From Mycobacterium leprae TN (GTDB taxonomy: Bacteria; Actinomycetota; Actinomycetes; Mycobacteriales; Mycobacteriaceae), in the NCBI RefSeq assembly GCF_000195855.1, contig NC_002677.1, positions 1,200,001-1,232,000 on the forward strand: a DNA stretch of 32,000 nucleotides. The letters are read 5' to 3'. Within the stretch, counting starts at the first letter, position 1; every line of letters starts with the position of its first letter. Of the stretch, positions 28,776 to 32,000 are shown piece after piece. Position numbers and translations under genes: made by a program. The notes beneath the pieces were generated by a model. That model was not told where the DNA came from. It did not search any database and was given only the letters and a program-made list of their open reading frames with translations.

Positions 28776-29651
28776 GTGCAGTCAATGCTGTGCGGCCGGC
28801 CGGTCGCAGCGGATCGCCAACTGATCATGGCGATCGTCAACCGTACCCCGGATTCGTTCTATGACCGGGGCGCGACCTTCAGTGACGAGGCTGCTCGTGC
28901 TGCAGCGCACCGGGCCGTTGCGGAGGGCGCCGATGTCATCGATGTCGGCGGCGTTAAAGCAGGGCCTGGTCAGGGCGTTGACGTAGACACCGAGATCGCC
29001 CGGTTGGTTCCGTTCATCGAATGGCTACGCAGCGCCTATACAGACCTGCTGATCAGCGTAGACACCTGGCGAGCAGAGGTAGCAAGACTGGCTTGCACTG
29101 CGGGCGCAGACCTGATCAACGACAGCTGGGGTGGAGCCGACCCGGCCATGCATGAGGTCGCCGCTGAGCTTGGCGCGGGCCTGGTGTGTTCGCACACCGG
29201 TGGCGCGCTGCCCCGCACGCGTCCCTTTCGGGTGAGTTACGGTACGACGACCCGCGGTGTGGTGGACGATGTGATTCGCCAGGTCACTGCAGCTGCCGAG
29301 CGCGCGGTCGCGGCCGGGGTAACCCGCGATTCGGTGTTGGTCGACCCGACCCACGATTTCGGCAAGAACACTTTCCACGGGCTGCTGCTGTTGCGTCATG
29401 TAGACGAACTTGTTAAGACCGGGTGGCCCGTGCTCATGTCGTTGAGCAATAAGGACTTCGTCGGGGAGACTCTGGGCGTGGGTTTGACGGAACGGCTAGA
29501 GGGTACGTTGGCGGCCACTGCGTTGGCGGCGGCAGCTGGCGTCCGCATGTTTCGGGTGCACGAGGTCGTAGCGACCAGGCGGGTTCTGGAGATGGTGGCT
29601 TCGATCCAGGGGACGCGTCCCCCAACGCGCACGGTGAGGGGACTCGCATGA
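28776..29651 (+). CDS. folP2: Dihydropteroate-synthase-like protein (FolP2 paralogue)
   Basis: 291 aa with a GTG start. Pterin-binding fold motifs are present: IMAIVNRTPDSFYDRG, IDVGGVKAGPG, NDSWGG. Syntenic with Rv1207. Confidence 0.88.
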   Translation: MQSMLCGRPVAADRQLIMAIVNRTPDSFYDRGATFSDEAARAAAHRAVAEGADVIDVGGVKAGPGQGVDVDTEIARLVPFIEWLRSAYTDLLISVDTWRAEVARLACTAGADLINDSWGGADPAMHEVAAELGAGLVCSHTGGALPRTRPFRVSYGTTTRGVVDDVIRQVTAAAERAVAAGVTRDSVLVDPTHDFGKNTFHGLLLLRHVDELVKTGWPVLMSLSNKDFVGETLGVGLTERLEGTLAATALAAAAGVRMFRVHEVVATRRVLEMVASIQGTRPPTRTVRGLA

Positions 29652-30628
29652 CGGCATCGGAGTTGATCGCCAGCGCGCTAGCGGCCCGGTCCGGAGATGC
29701 GTGGCTCGCGGATCGCAGCTGGAGCCGTCCAGCCTGGACGATCGACGAATTGGTGGCAGCCAAGGCCGGGCGGGCAATCTCGGTGGTGCTACCGGCTCTC
29801 AATGAGGAACAAACCATCGAATCGGTGATCGACAGCATCTCACCGCTGGTCTCCGATCGTGCGGGGCTGGTCGACGAACTGATCGTTCTGGACTCTGGTT
29901 CAACGGACGAGACTGAGATCCGGGCCATCGCTGCCGGCGCCCGAGTGGTCAGTTGTGAACAGGCTATGCCTGAGGTCCCAACCCGGCCCGGCAAAGGTGA
30001 GGCATTGTGGCGCTCGCTTGCTGTGACCAGCGGCGACATCGTGGTGTTCGTCGATTCTGACCTGATCAATCCGCATCCTATGTTTGTGCCGTGGCTGGTC
30101 GGTCCGCTGCTCACCGGCGACGGCATTCACCTGGTCAAAGGTTTTTACCGGCGGCCACTAAACAGCAACGATGCGGGCGGCAGTGCTCGTGCCACCGGTG
30201 GCGGCCGGGTCACCGAGTTGGTGGCCCGGCCGTTGTTGGCGTCGTTGCGGCCGCAGTTGGGATACGTGCTGCAGCCCCTGAGCGGCGAGTACGCAGCTAC
30301 CCGCGAATTGCTGACAGCGTTGCCCTTTGCACCGGGCTATGGCGTGGAGATCGGCCTGCTGGTGGACACCTTTGATCGACTGGGTCTTGACGCGATCGCG
30401 CAGGTAAACCTGGGCGTTCGAGCGCACCGTAACCGGCCGCTGGCTGAGTTGGGTGCCATGAGCCGTCAGGTGATTGCGACTTTGCTGTCGCGTTGCGGTA
30501 TTCTCGACTCTGGGGTTGGGCTGACCCAATTCTTCGTCGACGAGTCCGACGGTGACGGGTACATCCGGCATACTTGGTCGGTGTCGCTGGCCGATCGGCC
30601 AGCGATGAGCAGGTTGCGGCCGCGTTAA
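29648..30628 (+). CDS. gpgS: Glucosyl-3-phosphoglycerate synthase (GT81)
   Basis: 326 aa. The ATG overlaps the folP2 stop (ATGA). GT-A motifs are present: ISVVLPALNEE, VLDSGSTD, VFVDSDL. Rv1208-like. Confidence 0.9.
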   Translation: MTASELIASALAARSGDAWLADRSWSRPAWTIDELVAAKAGRAISVVLPALNEEQTIESVIDSISPLVSDRAGLVDELIVLDSGSTDETEIRAIAAGARVVSCEQAMPEVPTRPGKGEALWRSLAVTSGDIVVFVDSDLINPHPMFVPWLVGPLLTGDGIHLVKGFYRRPLNSNDAGGSARATGGGRVTELVARPLLASLRPQLGYVLQPLSGEYAATRELLTALPFAPGYGVEIGLLVDTFDRLGLDAIAQVNLGVRAHRNRPLAELGAMSRQVIATLLSRCGILDSGVGLTQFFVDESDGDGYIRHTWSVSLADRPAMSRLRPR

Positions 30629-30643
30629 GGCAATATCGTTCCT

Positions 30644-30988
30644 GTGGCGTTGGTTTTGTTGTACCTGGTGGTGTTGGTCCTCGTCGCGATCGTACTGTTT
30701 GGCGCAGCCAGCCTACTTTTCGGTCGCGGTGAGCGGCTGCCGCCTTTGCCTCGCGGGACGACGGCGACGGTGTTGCCTGCGCATGGAGTCACCGGCGCTG
30801 ATGTCGACGCTGTCAAGTTCACCCAGGTGTTGCGCGGGTACAAGCCCAGTGAGGTGGATTGGGTGCTGGACCGGCTCGGCCGCGAGCTCGAGGCGTTACG
30901 TGGTCAGCTCGCGGCTATCGCCGACGCCGAAGCAGATGCCGATGTCTCGAATGTTCCCAGCGGGGACGACGGCCAGGATGTGACGTGA
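30644..30988 (+). CDS. DivIVA-domain membrane protein (Rv1209-like)
   Basis: 114 aa with a GTG start. It has an N-terminal TM helix (ALVLLYLVVLVLVAIVLFGAASLLF) and a DivIVA-type motif FTQVLRGYKPSEVDWVLDRLGRELEALR. Confidence 0.8.
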   Translation: MALVLLYLVVLVLVAIVLFGAASLLFGRGERLPPLPRGTTATVLPAHGVTGADVDAVKFTQVLRGYKPSEVDWVLDRLGRELEALRGQLAAIADAEADADVSNVPSGDDGQDVT

Positions 30989-31563
30989 GCGACGATGGGC
31001 TGGTTCGCTGTGGCTGGGCGGACGTTCGATCCGGGCTCCACTGGCAGCTGTATCGCAACTATCACGACCAAGAGTGGGGCAGCCCAGTACGATGCGGAGT
31101 GGCCTTGTTCGAGCGGATGAGCCTGGAGGCCTTTCAGAGTGGTCTGTCGTGGCTGCTCATTCTGCGCAAACGGGAAAATTTCCGGCGCGCCTTCTCCGGG
31201 TTCGATATCGAAGAGGTAGCCCGTTATACCCATGCCGATGTGCAACGGTTGTTGTTCGATGACGGAATTGTGCGCAACCGCGTCAAGATCGAGGCGACAA
31301 TCGCCAACGCGCGTGCGGCCGCTGAGCTGGGGTCTGCAGCAGACTTGTCTGAGTTGCTGTGGTCATTCGCCCCACAGCCGCGGTCCAGGCCCGCTGACGG
31401 ATCCGAAATCCCTTCGACCAGTGCGGAAGCGAAGGCGATGGCGCGTGAATTGAAACGGCGCGGGTTCCGCTTCGTCGGGCCTACTACGGCCTATGCACTT
31501 ATGCAGGCTACGGGGATGGTTGACGATCACATCTGTACTTGCTGGGTGCCTCCAACACGGTGA
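30985..31563 (+). CDS. tagA: DNA-3-methyladenine glycosylase I
   Basis: Track ORF 30859..31563. The start is placed at GTG 30985, which overlaps the upstream stop (GTGA). The sequence reads VSDDGLVRCGWA...YHDQEWGSPV...EAFQSGLSWLLILRKRENFRRAF; 192 aa. Confidence 0.85.
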   Translation: MSDDGLVRCGWADVRSGLHWQLYRNYHDQEWGSPVRCGVALFERMSLEAFQSGLSWLLILRKRENFRRAFSGFDIEEVARYTHADVQRLLFDDGIVRNRVKIEATIANARAAAELGSAADLSELLWSFAPQPRSRPADGSEIPSTSAEAKAMARELKRRGFRFVGPTTAYALMQATGMVDDHICTCWVPPTR

Positions 31564-31836
31564 CCCCAACTTTCCGAACGGGCCACCGACGAGGCCTTGT
31601 TGTGGGGGGCACACCCAGCCGCGCAGCAGCGATGGAGCGAGCCGGGCAACTAGGCACAGCATCCTGGTTAAGCCCGAGAACCGGGTCTTTGTGCATTCAC
31701 CGACCTGAATAGGGAAGAATAGAGGGGTGATTTGGCAGTTCAATGTTGGGTATTACTGTAAATCCCCCGAGGGGGCATGCTCGGCGCCGAATGGGTCCGC
31801 GAGGGCGGGCCAGCTCGAGTTTGGAGGGAGCACACG

Positions 31837-32000
31837 ATGGCGGCGATGAAGCCTCGGACCGGAGACGGTCCTCTGGAAGCGACGAAGGAGGGGCGAGGTA
31901 TCGTGATGCGCGTACCATTAGAGGGTGGCGGACGACTCGTTGTCGAGTTGACACCGGACGAAGCCGCCGCTCTGAGTGACGAACTTAAGGGCGTCACCAG
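31837..32000 (+). CDS. Conserved hypothetical protein, N-terminal part (Rv1211-like); runs off the window
   Basis: ATG 31837 follows RBS ggaggga (31824-31830). The frame is open to the window end: MAAMKPRTGDGPLEATKEGRGIVMRVPLEGGGRLVVELTPDEAAALSDELKGV. Confidence 0.7.
   Translation, partial: MAAMKPRTGDGPLEATKEGRGIVMRVPLEGGGRLVVELTPDEAAALSDELKGVT

Noticed and set aside
29434-30126. 230-aa minus-strand ORF
   Set aside because: It is antisense to gpgS and the end of folP2, is Ser/Pro/Thr-rich, and has no start context. This is a shadow ORF.
31763-31777. Small hairpin cccccgaggggg upstream of the Rv1211-like gene
   Set aside because: It is only a 4-5 bp stem with a minimal loop and has no U-tract or conservation evidence, so it is too weak to annotate.
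1-32000. Search for CRISPR arrays, rRNA and tRNA genes
   Set aside because: I found no regularly spaced direct repeats with unique spacers and no rRNA-like or cloverleaf-compatible segments by eye. tRNAscan or Infernal would be needed to exclude small RNAs.

Overview
The window looks like a reductively evolved mycobacterial chromosome, most consistent with Mycobacterium leprae or a close relative. This is inferred from gene content, roughly 58-63% GC in genes, and many pseudogenes; no database search was run. Two blocks that are far apart in M. tuberculosis (recalled from memory) are joined here. Block A (1-12050) is collinear with Rv2684 to Rv2675c. It holds an ArsB-like permease (partial), a CBS protein, dxs, rnd, a DUF3000 protein, an echH pseudogene, hemE-hemY-hemQ, and a methyltransferase pseudogene. 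Block B (16310-32000) is collinear with Rv1192 to Rv1211. It holds a hydrolase pseudogene, fadD36, a PucR-type regulator, a PE/PPE/esxK-like/esxL-like cassette, a PPE remnant, dapD, dapE, a decayed P-loop ATPase gene, a LOG-family gene, a fadD6 pseudogene, folP2, gpgS, a DivIVA-domain protein, tagA and an Rv1211-like start. The 4.3-kb junction between the blocks (12051-16309) contains only decayed or mobile DNA: a DUF559-type pseudogene, an 881-bp element bounded by perfect 25-bp inverted repeats, and a decayed IS607-family tnpA-tnpB pair. I found no intact multi-gene system that is clearly novel. The least explained sequence is a low-GC, ORF-poor island of about 1.7 kb between dxs and rnd that carries a perfect 24-bp palindrome. 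Other items worth checking are paired GTGCA-N3-TGCAC operator-like sites between the PucR regulator and the PE/PPE/esx cassette, a PPE gene whose conserved C-terminal motif lies out of frame after a G5 run, and a perfect 18-bp GC hairpin upstream of folP2. No rRNA, tRNA or CRISPR array was recognised. All homology statements come from by-eye comparison with remembered mycobacterial proteins and need BLAST or HMM confirmation.
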